From: Eledone cirrhosa
Lineage: Eukaryota
Length of the DNA stretch: 64,000 nt
Direction: 5' to 3'
Assembly (NCBI GenBank): GCA_964016885.1
Contig: OZ024753.1
Span: 46,004,001 to 46,068,000 of the forward strand
The notes beneath the pieces were generated by a model that had not been told where the DNA came from, did no database searches, and saw nothing but the letters and a program-made list of their open reading frames with translations. Position 1 is the first letter of the stretch; each line of letters begins with the position of its first letter. Of this stretch, positions 46,411 to 59,588 are shown one piece after another. Made by a program: the position numbers and the translations under genes.

Positions 46411-46577
46411 AAAGATGAGTATTGACGTACATGGGAGTCGAACCCACACCTTCGGTTATCCAGACTGTGCTACCATTACACCGTTACACAACATGATATG
46501 TTGGTGTAATGGTAGCACAGTGGTCTGGATAACCAAAGGTGTGGGTTCGACTCCTATGTACGTCAATACTCATCTTT
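46411..46577. repeat. Inverted repeat (72/75-bp arms) made of a tRNA-like sequence
   Basis: 46411-46482 is the reverse complement of 46503-46577, with about 3 substitutions and a 3-nt indel; 20-nt spacer. Confidence 0.92.
46495..46565 (+). pseudogene. tRNA-like cloverleaf (tRNA pseudogene or SINE head), nominal anticodon GGA
   Basis: A box tggtgtaatgg, D stem gtgt/gcac, anticodon stem tggt/acca with loop ctggata, T arm gtggg-ttcgact-cctat, weak acceptor stem gatatgt/gtacgtc. Confidence 0.6.
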
Positions 46578-46659
46578 TTCCATTTATCTGAGTGTTCTAA
46601 ACCCCATTATCAGGCTAAAATTTCTTTAGTCAAAAATACGGTGAAAGCTATTCTATTTT

Positions 46660-46710
<51 letters not shown>

Positions 46711-47150
46711 GCAACATCCATTTTATGGGAGGTGTGAATATGGAAGAATATAAAGCATATAGGATATATTTCAGTATACGAGAGTCTCGTTATCAATGTT
46801 TTATCAGAAAACGGTGAATGTGGCATACAGTTGTTTCATTTCACCCTTCTTCGGTAACAATTATTCTGAACGTGATATTATAAATAAAGTCTTAACAGAG
46901 CTTCATGCTATCTGAGTAATCAGACCCTTCTCTAACATAAGTCTTAGAGATCATATATTTGCTAGAGTTGCTAATCTTTCAGGTATATCCTAGTATTGCC
47001 TCAAACATAAGCAACACTGGCAGATATAGGATCTCTAAGAATTTATGGTAGAGTAGGTTTTGAAACCTTAGGTAGCATGTATCTGTCTTGAGGATATATT
47101 TATATTATAGTTTAGCTCTGTTCTTTATATACTCGTATATATATATATAT

Positions 47151-47755
47151 GGTGGCTGCCAACTCGTTTTCGAGTACGGCCACTACTTTATATCCATGTA
47201 GGAGAACCCCTACTGATGCGCTGAACGAGTGTGACTTTTTAGTCCAGCCAGGGACTTGAAAACTCTGGTACAAAGACTACACTTGTGACAATTATTGACA
47301 CATAGTGCTGGGCCCATGGTACCATGTGACAAGTGCAGAGAGATCTCCAGATATAAAGCAATGCCTGTGCCGTGAAGCTTTTATAGTGAGCAAAGGCACT
47401 GCACAAAGCCAGTCCCACTCTCTTAACCAAGATGATATTTACCAAAAAGAAGAACAAGTCAACATCATTGGATACCATCAGGGTTGCAGGTGTTATATCA
47501 GAGTTTTCCTTCTCCTAGAATTCTGCCTTGACAAAGGCTAAGGGGTCATCTCTCCCGGTGATTTTGGATGGCCATTGACTCTTAAGAGCTCCTTTGCCCT
47601 TTGACAGGTTTTGTTTTTAGTCCTGCAGGATGTCCAAAGTCACCCTCCTCACCAAGAAACCTTGGTGGGGTTGCCAGTTTAGTCGCCAACGACCCGACCA
47701 TGAGACAGGTTGTACTAGGATACATGTTACCAGTAGCACCAACTGGTGACCTGAC
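47151..47755 (-). mobile_element. Non-autonomous bipartite RTE-derived element, full length
   Basis: Reverse complement of 14600-15208 with few differences; (TA)n on both sides. Confidence 0.88.
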
Positions 47756-47959
47756 ATATATATATATACACCCATACATGTACATACAAACATATATATA
47801 TATATATATATCGATTGATTGATGTATTGATTGATACGTCCTACTTTTGATTTATACGTATACATCGTAAATCTCACACGCAGGCATTCGTATGCAAAAA
47901 ACATGCACACACCAACGTACACGTGTATGATTGCTTATTTGTGGAAATGTTCAATGTAT

Positions 47960-48252
47960 ATTTTATGTATGTGTGGGACTGTGTATGTATGTAGTATGCT
48001 AATGTGTGTGAAAATATTCTATGTATGTGTGAGACTATGTGTATGTATGGAGTGTGCTGATGTAAGTGTGTGAAAATTTCCTATGTATGTGTGGGACTGT
48101 GTGTATGTATGTAGTATGCTGTGTGTGAAAATACTATATGTATGTGTGAGTCTGTGTGTATGTATGTATGTATGTAGTATGCTGATGTGTGTGAAAATAT
48201 TCTATGTATGTGTGAGTCTGTATGTATGAAGTATGCTGATGTATGTGTGTGA
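47960..48252 (+). repeat. ~55-bp degenerate minisatellite
   Basis: Recurring gtgtgaaaatattctatgtatgtgtgag...gtatgctgat. Confidence 0.85.
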
Positions 48253-48596
48253 ATGTTCGTTTCTGTTTCCGAATTGAATTCACTTTCCTTGTTTTAATAT
48301 ATTAACATAGAAAAGAAATATGTTGTGAAATCTTTGTTTTAGGTGAAATTTTTACTGTTATATTTCAAGGAATTTCCTGATATTTCCCAATATTGAAATG
48401 TCAAGTGGAATACTATAACATTGCAACCAATAAATCTTAGCTATACATCCCCGTACAGAAGAACCAGTGTTCGCTTTCTATGGTTAAACCTTCTGTTATA
48501 GTATACACTATATATTTCTGTATATATTTGACTGCACGTATATATAAACATACAAAGACACAGACAAATGTACATAAATACACACAGACACACACA

Positions 48597-48649
<53 letters not shown>

Positions 48650-48652
<3 letters not shown>

Positions 48653-49140
48653 AAAGAGAAAGATACTAAAGAATTTATATTGATATAGAGAATATCGACT
48701 CACTGTACCTCAGACACTCGATGTAGATTTGGTCTTAAAATAACCAGAACAGGGGTCACTCATGGAGATAATGGTATGGATACAACAGTGCATAGAATCA
48801 AGCAGAACATTTCATACATTACATTAGCATATATATATTTATTTAAAGGTTAAACAAGGTTCAATGAATAAAATTTTACAATAGATTAGAATCACTCCAC
48901 AGTAATGTATTTCCGGAGTTATTAATATTAATTCAAAATATTAACAAATATAGACATTCGTGTGATCAAGTATATTTTATTATACATATTTCAGAGGTAC
49001 AGAGCTATGTTCAACAGTACGTCCTCCTTTATTTTATCTGATGAGGACGTACTATTGAAGATAGCTCAGTACCTCTGAAATAAGTATAATAAAATATACT
49101 TGATCACACGAATGTCTATATTTGTTAATATTTTGAATTA

Positions 49141-49144
<4 letters not shown>
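48650..49144. mobile_element. Short non-coding hammerhead-bearing element (PLE pLTR / retrozyme-like) with a 102-bp inverted duplication
   Basis: Bounded by (TA)n on both sides. Arms 48925-49026 and 49043-49144 have about 4 mismatches and a 16-nt loop. Confidence 0.65.
49030..49096 (+). ncRNA. Minimal type I hammerhead ribozyme
   Basis: tattttat CTGATGA (49038-49044) ggacgtact...agtacctct GAAA (49077-49080) taagta TA ataaaata. Stem I is a perfect 8 bp; predicted cleavage is after 49088. Confidence 0.8.
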
Positions 49145-49171
<27 letters not shown>

Positions 49172-49596
49172 GGTATATCCATATATCCATATATACAGGT
49201 ATATTCGGTTGAAATACAATATATACATTTTGTGTTTATCTTGCAAATATGAAATATTAGGGTAAGGTTTGCAAGAGGTCATTGCACTTTACAAATTATA
49301 TCAAGGTAATCATTTGACAGGATTGTATATGTGAAGTAATATAAACAACACCACACACACACATACACACACACACACACACAGATACATACACACACAG
49401 ATACATACACACACACACGCACACACACGCACACACACACACACACACACACATACATACACACACACACACACAGAGATACATACACACACACACACCA
49501 TGTTTTCAGGGGCTGGGTCACTGTAATAGACATCTGCTGTGTGGTTATAGTGAACGGTTACCTTTCGGAACCATTCAACATTATGCACTGTATATC

Positions 49597-49598
49597 AT

Positions 49599-49652
<54 letters not shown>

Positions 49653-49775
49653 AGGTAGTACTACTATTATTACTAGTAATAGGAACAGCAACAGTAGTAT
49701 TTTCAGTAACTCCTACTACTACTACTACTACTTTTAATACTAACACTACTACTACAGTAATTATTATTATTACCT
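49597..49775. repeat. (TAG)n/(TAC)n/(TTA)n trinucleotide tract
   Basis: Seen directly. Confidence 0.9.
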
Positions 49776-50444
49776 TTATCATTATTCTGTCCCCAACATC
49801 ATGGACCCTAGTGTCCAATAAAAGAAATCCTTCTCTTATACTTCGTTAGTTTTGTTTCTTTATTTATTATATTTTCATTGGTTTTTGTTTCGGTTTTGTT
49901 GGGTTTTTTTCTTTTTCTCTCACATTGGAAAAATAAAAATATTACAAAAATAAAAAAACAACGAACCAAAAAATAAAAGAAAAAAAACTAAAAAATTGAA
50001 ATAATATGAAATAAAATAAATATTAATGGCAGGAATATTTCGTCTAAACAAGAAACGCATAAAATGTGAAGGTATTTGTAGAAATATTCATGTCAATGTG
50101 AGAGAAAAATAGATTAACTGTCATTGGAGGAATGGTAAAAGGATAAATCAAAATAAGATAATCTCCTCCTTAGATATTACGTCATGGTATATCTTTATAG
50201 CCATTCATCATAGACCGGTCGTGCTTTTTAATAAAGAAAAAAAATAATAAAGGTGCGGAGATGGAGAAGGGAGTGGAAGATAAAAATGAGAAAATAAACA
50301 AAGCGAAACGAGACTTATTAAAACATGGAAGTGACAGTTTTTATACCTAAGATATTTTAGCATCTTTGATAAAAAGAAGAAAAACTAACAACAATAACAT
50401 ACGTATGTGTGAGAATGTATGTGTATGCATGTGATAATGAAATG

Positions 50445-50524
<80 letters not shown>

Positions 50525-53328
50525 TTCTTTCATGAACGATTACAACAATATTTACTTAGTAAATAATAAACTAAACCTAACCAGATTTTCATATAAAACA
50601 CCAAGAGAACATAAACTATAGAAAACAGATATAAATAAAGCAACGCTATACATCACATATAACCGAAACAAATGTCTACTTGGTATAATTTATTGTTAGC
50701 CGAATACATTCTGCCATTCTTTAAACCCTATAAGTATGTTTGTGAGTTATATCTACTACAAATATTGTAACTATTTCCTTAAACAACATTCGGAAGTACT
50801 TTTAAAATCCTAAGCTCGTTGTTCTTTCATCGTATCTATAGATATCTTGTTTATAGTGTGTTTATAGCATGAAACATGATCCGTTTCAGGAGGAATAAAA
50901 CTGATCTAGCAAGGATATTTTCATGTATCTTATTCTTGTAATAGTCTGTCCTCTTGCAAATTCTTCTTTCCGATGATTTATTTATACCGACCGACTTGTA
51001 GATTTTTGTTAATGAGATTGTTTTTATCGTTGTTGTTGTTGCTGTTGTTAATGTTCTTGTCATGGTTGTTAATAGTAATGTTTATGTTTATAATGTTGTT
51101 GTTGCAGCTGTTGAGTTTTGTTGCTATATTTTAGTTCCAGGCCAGTGCCCACACAGCATCCTTTATTTTATTTTATTTTATTTTATTTGTTATCTATGAC
51201 TAATTCCATGTTTCAATATTTCCTTCATTATTTATGTTAATTGTCTGTAGTTTGCGATACAAGGGACAAACTATTTCACTGTGTTTATTGTGTTGTTTTC
51301 TTATGTTTTTAACGTTTAACACTGAAATGAGAAAAAGATTTTTAAAAAAAAAAACGAGGAGCCAATAATGAAAGGAAGAGGGAGGGAAAAAGAGAAGAGG
51401 GTATTCTCTAACGGTATATATTTGCTGTGACACGTGGACATGATGACGGGCAATATTCGTACACTTTTAGCTTTGGACGAGGGGGAATGACAATGTCCAT
51501 GACCTTTTTAGGATGCCTCCGAGACTGGTGGATGGGAAGTGAGAATGTTATTGTCAGACCAATATTCTTTCTAATATTCTGCTAATGTTACAAAACCAAT
51601 AAAACTAGTGCTGATATTTCAAAAAATTCTTTATATATAAAAACAGTGAACGCTGTCTCCCCATGTTCAGAACGAAGCACCATTATAAAGGAAAGGAAAA
51701 ACAATTGGATGAATAGTGGTAATATATCGTACAAACATATGTGCAAACAAAGGAATTCAATCTAATAGCGACTAACGATGGTGCCTCTCAAAAGGTCAAG
51801 CAGTATCTAGGCAATATGTCAGAAAGCTCAATAACATCTAAATAAGGAAAAGAGAACGTAAGAAGGAATATAAAATAAACCCCTCAAAAATTACAAAATT
51901 CTTCAGTATTTAATTTTCAACAATTGCTGAGGTATTAAGTCAGTGACGAAATGTTTACACCTCAAGAAATAAACGGAAACAAAACATATTTGCTGCCGCC
52001 AATGTATTTTTTTTTCCTCTGCAACAGAGTTTTAAATAATAAGAATGTGATTAAAACATTCTTTCTCATGTGTAATATTGCAAAACAACAACAGCCTCAA
52101 TAACTAAGTTTGGTGTATATCACGATCCCGCATACTCTATAAATTATCTAGTTTCACGTGTAAGTAATTCGAAACACTACGGTATTATTGCATTAAGCCT
52201 CCAAAATCTACAGAAAAGTCTAGAATAGTGAATCCGAACCCTTATAGATTTTTCTCAAAAATCACCAGACTGGTACCTATATTTTATGGATAACATCCAC
52301 CAACCCAATTTTAATACGACGTTATTTGAGAAACGATTAGAGAGACGATTCATATTAATATAATATATATAAATAAGTTTAATGAAATTTTAAGAATCAA
52401 CTTGTCTGGCGGAGACATTGTTCTGGATAAGAGAATTAAGATGTTAAAGAAGCTGTGAGAAATAACAACACAATAAATTTGTATGTTTTTCAGTATCTAC
52501 TTACATCTTTACTAATGATATACTTAATTCTAGTGGCGCCGATTTCAATAGAAAATTGACCAAATATATATCCGTTATATACCGGTGTATATTTACTCAA
52601 TTATAACACTCCAATAGAAAACCTGAGCATGTGATAATCACAATAACTGATATTAAATTCTATTAAAGCTAGAAATCATGTGTGGGTTATAATTTTCTTA
52701 TTTAATACACTTCCTTACATCACATTTTATATTATAAAGAGGTTGTTCAGTCCTTGCCTGAAGACATCGCTATTGAAGTAATACCAATTCTTGTCATTTC
52801 AAATGATTGTTAATGCCAACAGAAACACTACATACGTAGCCTGCAACAACTTATGTTGCAATTACAGTTTCTGTATTTCTTTGTCGAAAGAAGAAAATAT
52901 AAAGCATGTTGCCGAAAGTTACAAGGAATGAATAAAAGAAACAGAAGAAAAGACGTAAAACAGCACTGGAGGCTAAAATTCATTGTCATCTTATATGCTA
53001 AATAGAGAGACAAGTCAGTATCAATCAATATTTGATATGCTTAACATAGAGAAAATATAAAAGAGAACGAAGACACAATGGAAGTTCCTTAAAAAATCTC
53101 ATTCAGAAAATGCATTTAGCCTAAATTACTACAGCATCTATTTTAAAACGATGACATTCAAAGGAAATAAAATATAATAGACAACACAAAAACACTACAA
53201 AAGTCAAAAGCAAATGAGTGACACAAGAGAAAAATGGTGGTTCATCATACCAACCATACTAATCATAGTTTTCAATGTAATGTTAATTTTATAATATATA
53301 TATACATATATACTTGCATACATGTGCT

Positions 53329-53360
<32 letters not shown>

Positions 53361-53690
53361 TGTATGTATGTATGTATGTATGTATGTATGTATGTATGTA
53401 TGTATGTATTTGTGTGTATGCATATATGTATGCGTGTGTGTATACAGAGAGAGATAGAGAGAGAGAGAGTGTGTGTGTGTAAAACTAACACAGTACTAAC
53501 ATCACGCATTGCATTGAAAATTATTGGTCGAAAGACATACAAGCGATATTTACAACAAAAAAGAATGTTTCAATTTCACAATTGCGAGAAAAATTTTAAG
53601 CAAACAAAAATCATCAACGAAAATAATTTTAATTTAAATTAAAATGCATTAACAAACTAGAAATTTAAAAAAAAATAGAAAATAATAGTA

Positions 53691-53912
53691 ATAATTGTTT
53701 CTACTTTAGGCACAAGGCCAACAATTTGAAGGGGTGGGGTAAGTTGATTAAATCGACCCCAGTGTTTTACTGGTGCTTTTTTTTTTATCGACCACGTAAG
53801 GATTAAAGGCAAAGTTAACCTCGACGGATTTGAATTCAGAACGTAAAGGGCCATAATTTCTATGCTGCAAAGCATGGTGTCTGACACTCTACCGATACTG
53901 CAAATCCACCAC
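53691..53912 (-). mobile_element. tRNA-derived SINE, longer variant
   Basis: Same head, core and tail, plus a ~30-bp segment (gtcgatttaatcaacttaccccacccttcaaa) absent from the other good copies. Confidence 0.88.
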
Positions 53913-55019
53913 AATAATTCTTTCTACATCAGGCATTAGGGCAGAAATTTAATGGACACTACAAGGAAGAGATTTATATTTTTTTTAAAAACTAAAATCA
54001 AGAGAAGTCCCCAACAGGAGGAATTATACATAGGGGTAGTTTAGGAATTCTACAGATCTGAAACAACCCTAATCAACAAGAGCACCCTAGGAAGGTGTTC
54101 CTTCATCTGTGAAGCCTCAAAACTACAGAGACATGCTGAGAGTAAACCCATTCACTCGGACAAGTCTCACCACATTCACCCACCTTTTAAAAACATTCCT
54201 GGGGTAGGGAGCAACATTTCCTTCTTCAAAACCACCTTCCTTTTCAAGTGTAACTTAAATAAGTAGTAGTAGTAGTAGTAGTAGTGGGAGGAGGAGGAGG
54301 AGGAGGAGGAAGGGGAGGAGGAGTACAATTTAAATAAAAAACAATGTGTATAATGATGAAGAGAGGAATTAATCAACATAGTGTTTGATTCCGCTTCACC
54401 TTTCGTTTAATTGCATTATTCTTCCAAATATGTGTTGTTGTTGTTGCTCTATTGCTTTTGTCGTTAATGTTGTTTAATATTGTTGTTGTTGTTGCTCTAT
54501 TGCTTTTGTCGTTAATGTTGTTTAATATTGTTGCTGTTGTTGTCATTGTGTTTGGGGATGTTGTCGTTAGTTGGTAAATGTCAAAATTTCACCTTTCAAC
54601 TTCAATGCTGCATGCAAAATATCAACGGTTTAATTTAAACTATCCAACGTATTGTGTCCTACAGAAAATAGGACAAATACTCGTTTTTTTTTGTTGTTGT
54701 TGTTTTTATTGTTTTAATGTCTGTTGATTATAATTTCCGATTTCGTCTTCTTTCTTTACAATGTTTTACTTTATTTTTATATATTTTTACTATATTTATA
54801 TATTTATTTTTATTTTGTATTGTTTATATTTCCGTAGATTTTGTGCATTTTTCTGTTTTTTTCTGAGTTTTTTTTTTTTATTTCCTTCCTGTTTTTATTT
54901 TAAGGTTTTCTTGTAGGAATATATTTCGTTATTCACTTCGTTCCGTCCCTGTTTTTTAAGATGTCAAGATTAGAATAGAATTCAAAAGAAATTCGTCGTC
55001 CTCCCTTTCATCTTCAGTT

Positions 55020-55254
55020 TTGCTGTTGCTCTTGTTGCTCTTGTTGTTGGTCTTGTTGTTGCTTTTGTTGTTGCTCTTGTTGTTGCTGTTGGTGTTGCTC
55101 TTGTTGTTGCTGTTGGTGTTGCTCTTGTTTCTGTTCTTGTTGTTGTGTCTAAAGTTCTTCTTCTTCTTCTTCTTCTTCTTCTTCTTCTTCTTTTCCCCTC
55201 CTCCTTCTTCTTCTGCTCATCCTCCTCCTCCTTCTTCTACTTCTCGTTCTTCCT
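55020..55254. repeat. (TTG)n/(TTC)n/(TCC)n compound tract
   Basis: Directly continues the 3' end of the RTE remnant. Confidence 0.9.
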
Positions 55255-55440
55255 CCACTTATTCCTGAGCGTATCGTGGGGCTGAGGCTGAGCCATCAAT
55301 CGCTTCTTACTGCGTGTCCTGTCAGAAACACCTTTCTCCAATTGATCCGGGGTTTGATCCCAAATGAGATCAGCTGAGCTTATTGATCTCATCCAGTCAT
55401 CCTGTTCTTCTTGGAAGCCTCTAAGGTAACCTCGGTATCC
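55255..55440 (-). mobile_element. Decayed 3' end of an RTE-clade (Expander/Rex3-like) LINE
   Basis: Minus strand gives PRRTG*LDEINKLS*SHLG, then PDQLEKGVSDR...QPQP, ending ccccacgatacgctcaggaataagtggaggaagaa. Assignment is from recalled similarity to RTE C-termini. Confidence 0.6.
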
Positions 55441-56182
55441 CGGCTGTGTTACATTTACGTGTGTTTTTTTGTCAGAGTAACCATTTTAGTAACACCAGGT
55501 TTAGGTGTATTTTTGCATTCGTATGTGTAGTTTCTGGTGGATCACAGTTTTCTTACATTTTATCTTGTCACATACGATCTAATGCAATTTCCTAATCTTA
55601 GTGAGTGTGACGTAAACTGTCAGATGCTTCGGGTCGGTTTTTGAACAGTAGCACTCTCAGTGAGGGCCTTGGGAGCATCATTTGGATATACAAATAATCG
55701 GTAAGATTTTCTCCTTGCTTTATAAAGGGGTTTCTAACTTCATGTAAAATCTGAGGTAAGATATATTGCTCTTTTCTCTTAATTTTCTGTTTCTTACATT
55801 AAATACATTAGTTTAACGACTGTATTTTTCTATTCGCCTTGTACCGAGTTTCTCAAATCATTTTTAACTACTACTATAACTATTAATGTAATTATTGTTG
55901 TTGTTGTGATGGTGGTGGTGGTAGTGTTGTGATGGTAGTGGCGGTGGTGGTAGTGGTGTTGCGATGGTAGTGGTGGTGGTGATGTTAAAATAGCAGGCAT
56001 TGAAGAGATTTCACTGAGAAGATACCTTCACATTATCTACAAAGTCACCGTGATTCAACGAAATAAATAATTGAGAGACATCCGACTCACGAACTTTCAT
56101 TCTGTTTTGTTCAGCGACAATGACAGATGGGGGTAGAGTGCAGAGTAGGGTGGGGTGGAGATCGATGATTTATTTATCTTAC

Positions 56183-56374
56183 AGCCTGTCATTCCGATAA
56201 GAGTTCGAAATTGGAAGGATTGCACAAAACGTTGTGTCCAAACAGATTTTAATACTAATTGCTTTTAGAGAGCGAGTCATTGTTTCATGAGGTGAGGAAT
56301 GGTGGGAGGGGGGCGAAGTGCACTGTATCTTGTTATCTTGTGATTCTCTTACTTCACATGGGTATTCATGTATG
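56183..56374 (-). CDS. Candidate 192-nt symmetric (phase 2-2) exon, IPT/TIG-domain-like
   Basis: Acceptor cattcttaccAG and donor GTAAGA. Open frame [63 protein letters not shown]. Confidence 0.3.
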
Positions 56375-56505
56375 CTGGTAAGAATGTATGTATGTTTATA
56401 CATATATATATATATACGTACATATAATATATATATATATACATACATGTATAAACACATGTACGAATGTATGTTTATGCATACATATATATAATATATA
56501 TATTT

Positions 56506-56569
<64 letters not shown>

Positions 56570-56669
56570 TGTATATATATACTGTATATATATACGAGGT
56601 TTCTCAAAAGTCACTATCTATGTTGGTGTATCTATTGCAATTCAAAATAGAGAGTGCAACACACACACG

Positions 56670-56726
<57 letters not shown>

Positions 56727-57351
56727 CTGTGTCTGTGTGTGTGTTTGGTTGTGTGTGTATGTGTGTGAGCCTTCTAATGTTTATGTGTATGTGTGTGAGC
56801 TTAGTATGTCTACGCGAAAGAGTCTGGTGTTAACATGTATGTCAATGCGTTCGATATTCATTCCTGAGCCTGGGAGGAATCCTTATTCACAATTCAAGAT
56901 GCTTGTTGACATGGAAGGCCTTTGACATATGCTTTGCTTAAATTGCCATTGGCTGCAGTAGTTTATCATGTGAAACGATCATGATTAATTTATCTTCAGG
57001 CAATAAGCCAGACGTCAGAGGAATTACAGTGTTAGCAGTGCTGAAAGGCTGAGAAGAAAATACTGTATAATGGTAGAATAATGCTTAGTAGAAGAATATT
57101 TGTTGGTTGTTTTGGTTGGTTCTTTTAGAATTGTCTAATGGTTTATCGTTACTGGTTTGCCTCACATATGAAACGTACTTACAAGTACATCCGTTTGTTT
57201 TAACTAATGCAAAGTGAGATATATGAAATACTTTTTTATAGGTGCATTTATGACATGACTAACTACGCTCTCTCACAGGCCAGCTTTGTCACAAATATAT
57301 ATATATATGTGTGTGTATATATATATACACCGAGCATTATAATAAATGTTC

Positions 57352-57540
57352 AAGGGCGGTGGATTGGCAGTATCGGTAGAGGGTCGGATGCCATGCTTTG
57401 ACGTATAGAGTTACGGCCCTTGCCATTCTGAGTTCAAATCCCGCCGAGGTTAACTTTGCCTTTCATCCTTACGGGGTCGATAAAATAAAGTACCAGTAAT
57501 ACACTGGGTAATTGCTGGCCTTGTGCCTAAAGTAGAAACA
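57352..57540 (+). mobile_element. tRNA-derived SINE, full length (best copy)
   Basis: A box tggcagtatcgg, B box gagttcaaatcc, core gcctttcatccttacggggtcgataaaataaagtaccag. Perfect 16-bp TSD attataataaatgttc (57336-57351 / 57541-57556). Confidence 0.93.
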
Positions 57541-59524
57541 ATTATAATAAATGTTCGATGAATCCATACGTATATATATGTGTGCATGTATGTATATATA
57601 TATACATACTACTGTACGTCTGTATACATATACGTATGTACGTGTACATACTTATATTTAAGTAACAGCCGTACTAAGAGTGGGAAATGAAATTTCGTTT
57701 CATTTTTTCCGTTTATATATATATATATACATAATCATATTATAGAAAGGACTTCTACAGGACAAGAACTATTTCATTCGTACGGACTCGTAAGAACTCT
57801 TCAGTACTTCTGTTGTTGTTAGAATTACTGTTGTTGTTAGTTCTATTTATGTTGTTAGTGCTATTGTTTTTGTTAATGTTATTGTTAATATTATTGCTAC
57901 ACACTTTATAATGTATAATTGAATCCCTTCGAGTTCATGTGAGTGCAGAAGTGTGTGTCTTCTGTACTTATATATATATGAACTGTACTGAAGAGAAACA
58001 GTGCATGTGTGAGGGTCTGTATCTTGTGTGTGTATGTCTATGTGTGTGTGCCTGTGTCTGTGTATGTGTGTGTGTGTGTCTTGTGTATGTATGTGTGTAT
58101 GGAAAGACGGGGGAGTAATATTGACAATAACATTAGAAGACTAAATCTATACACTGAGAACAAATAAATGGGGGAAAAAACCGAGGAAATATTAAACGGA
58201 ACAAAAAAATGAAATATTTATCACAAGAAAATATCAAAACAAATTAATAGCAAGAAATACTTTAGTTGCGAAGGGAAAACAGAAATGGGGATAATAATAA
58301 TAATAATAATATTAATAATAATAATAATGAATGTAAGAATAATAATTGTAAGAATAAAATATTAAATATAATAAGGAGGATAATGTACATTGCTGATACT
58401 TTCAAAGCTGCCTCGTAACTCAATTCATAGGTACATATATACATAAATAAACATACATACATACATACATACATACATACATACATACATACATACATAC
58501 ATACATACATACATACACACATATATATATGTATATATAAACATTATAAAAATTATATAACACAACGTGTTCCCTGGACTGAGTGCTCTACCTCCTTGGG
58601 TATCTATTACGAAAATCAAGTACACTATATATATATATATATATTTATATAATAAACATTAAGAAATTCTGTGCAACTGACGTTATATAGGGAAAATATT
58701 AATAAAGATGTCCAGATATTCCTATTGATGTGTATATATATATATAAATAAAATTAGTCCTTCATCAGTGATCTTCCAACCTGCATTGGTATTTCATCGC
58801 TTTAAAAATCATATACCTCTGGTTGGTGCGAGTAATAACTAAATAAAGTTATTGGGACAAGTAAAATAGGGTGAAGCGAGCAAGACATGTAAACAAACAA
58901 ATATGGTATTGCAACGGAAAGATAGGAAGAGACAATATATATATATATATATATGCAAGGGTACAACAGTACACAACGAAAATATATTAGTTTATACAAA
59001 ATAAATTATAGTGTGTTGCTTTCTAACGTATAAGAATGTTAGCAGAAATAGTCATGATTAGCAAATTGGTTTTCGTCTTGATGAATAGCTTTTCAAAGTT
59101 TCATTTTAATCTGTTCTGATGTGGAATATATCCACGTGTTGCCGTTGTGACCTGCTCAGTATAATTTGCACGTGTTGTGTGTGTCGTTTACGTTCTTTAT
59201 AAAACACCAGGCGTAAGTGGCACACACCAATACAGCTACTACTAGTACTATTCCTACTAATACTACTAATACTACTAATACTACTAATCCGTGGTGACAT
59301 GATAGAACCATTCCATCTCAAACGATCAGACATTATCTGCCTTAGTTCTTCAACGGATAGTTCTGTATCTCCCTTAATGAATACATTTCACATTAGGAGG
59401 CTCCCATAGTAAACGTTTCGCACCAGGATCGCTGTCTCTCCTGACATGACATACCAGTATAACGATACTGGTTTCCAACAGTTTCCTTCAAACCGAATTC
59501 TTTCACAAATCTATCGTAAACGAC

Positions 59525-59588
59525 ACAGACAGTGGGATCGAACCCGGAACTCAATTATTACGAAGCGAATTTCCTAATCATTCGGCCA
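59525..59588 (-). mobile_element. Decayed tRNA-like SINE head of a second family
   Basis: Minus strand tggccgaatgattag...gggttcgatccc (A and B boxes). Confidence 0.5.

Noticed and set aside
58755-58775. CTGATGA on the minus strand next to (TA)n
   Set aside because: The rest of a hammerhead is absent; at most a truncated remnant.
59106-59333. 75-aa minus-strand ORF
   Set aside because: Partly a 9-bp/trinucleotide repeat, with no homology or splice evidence.
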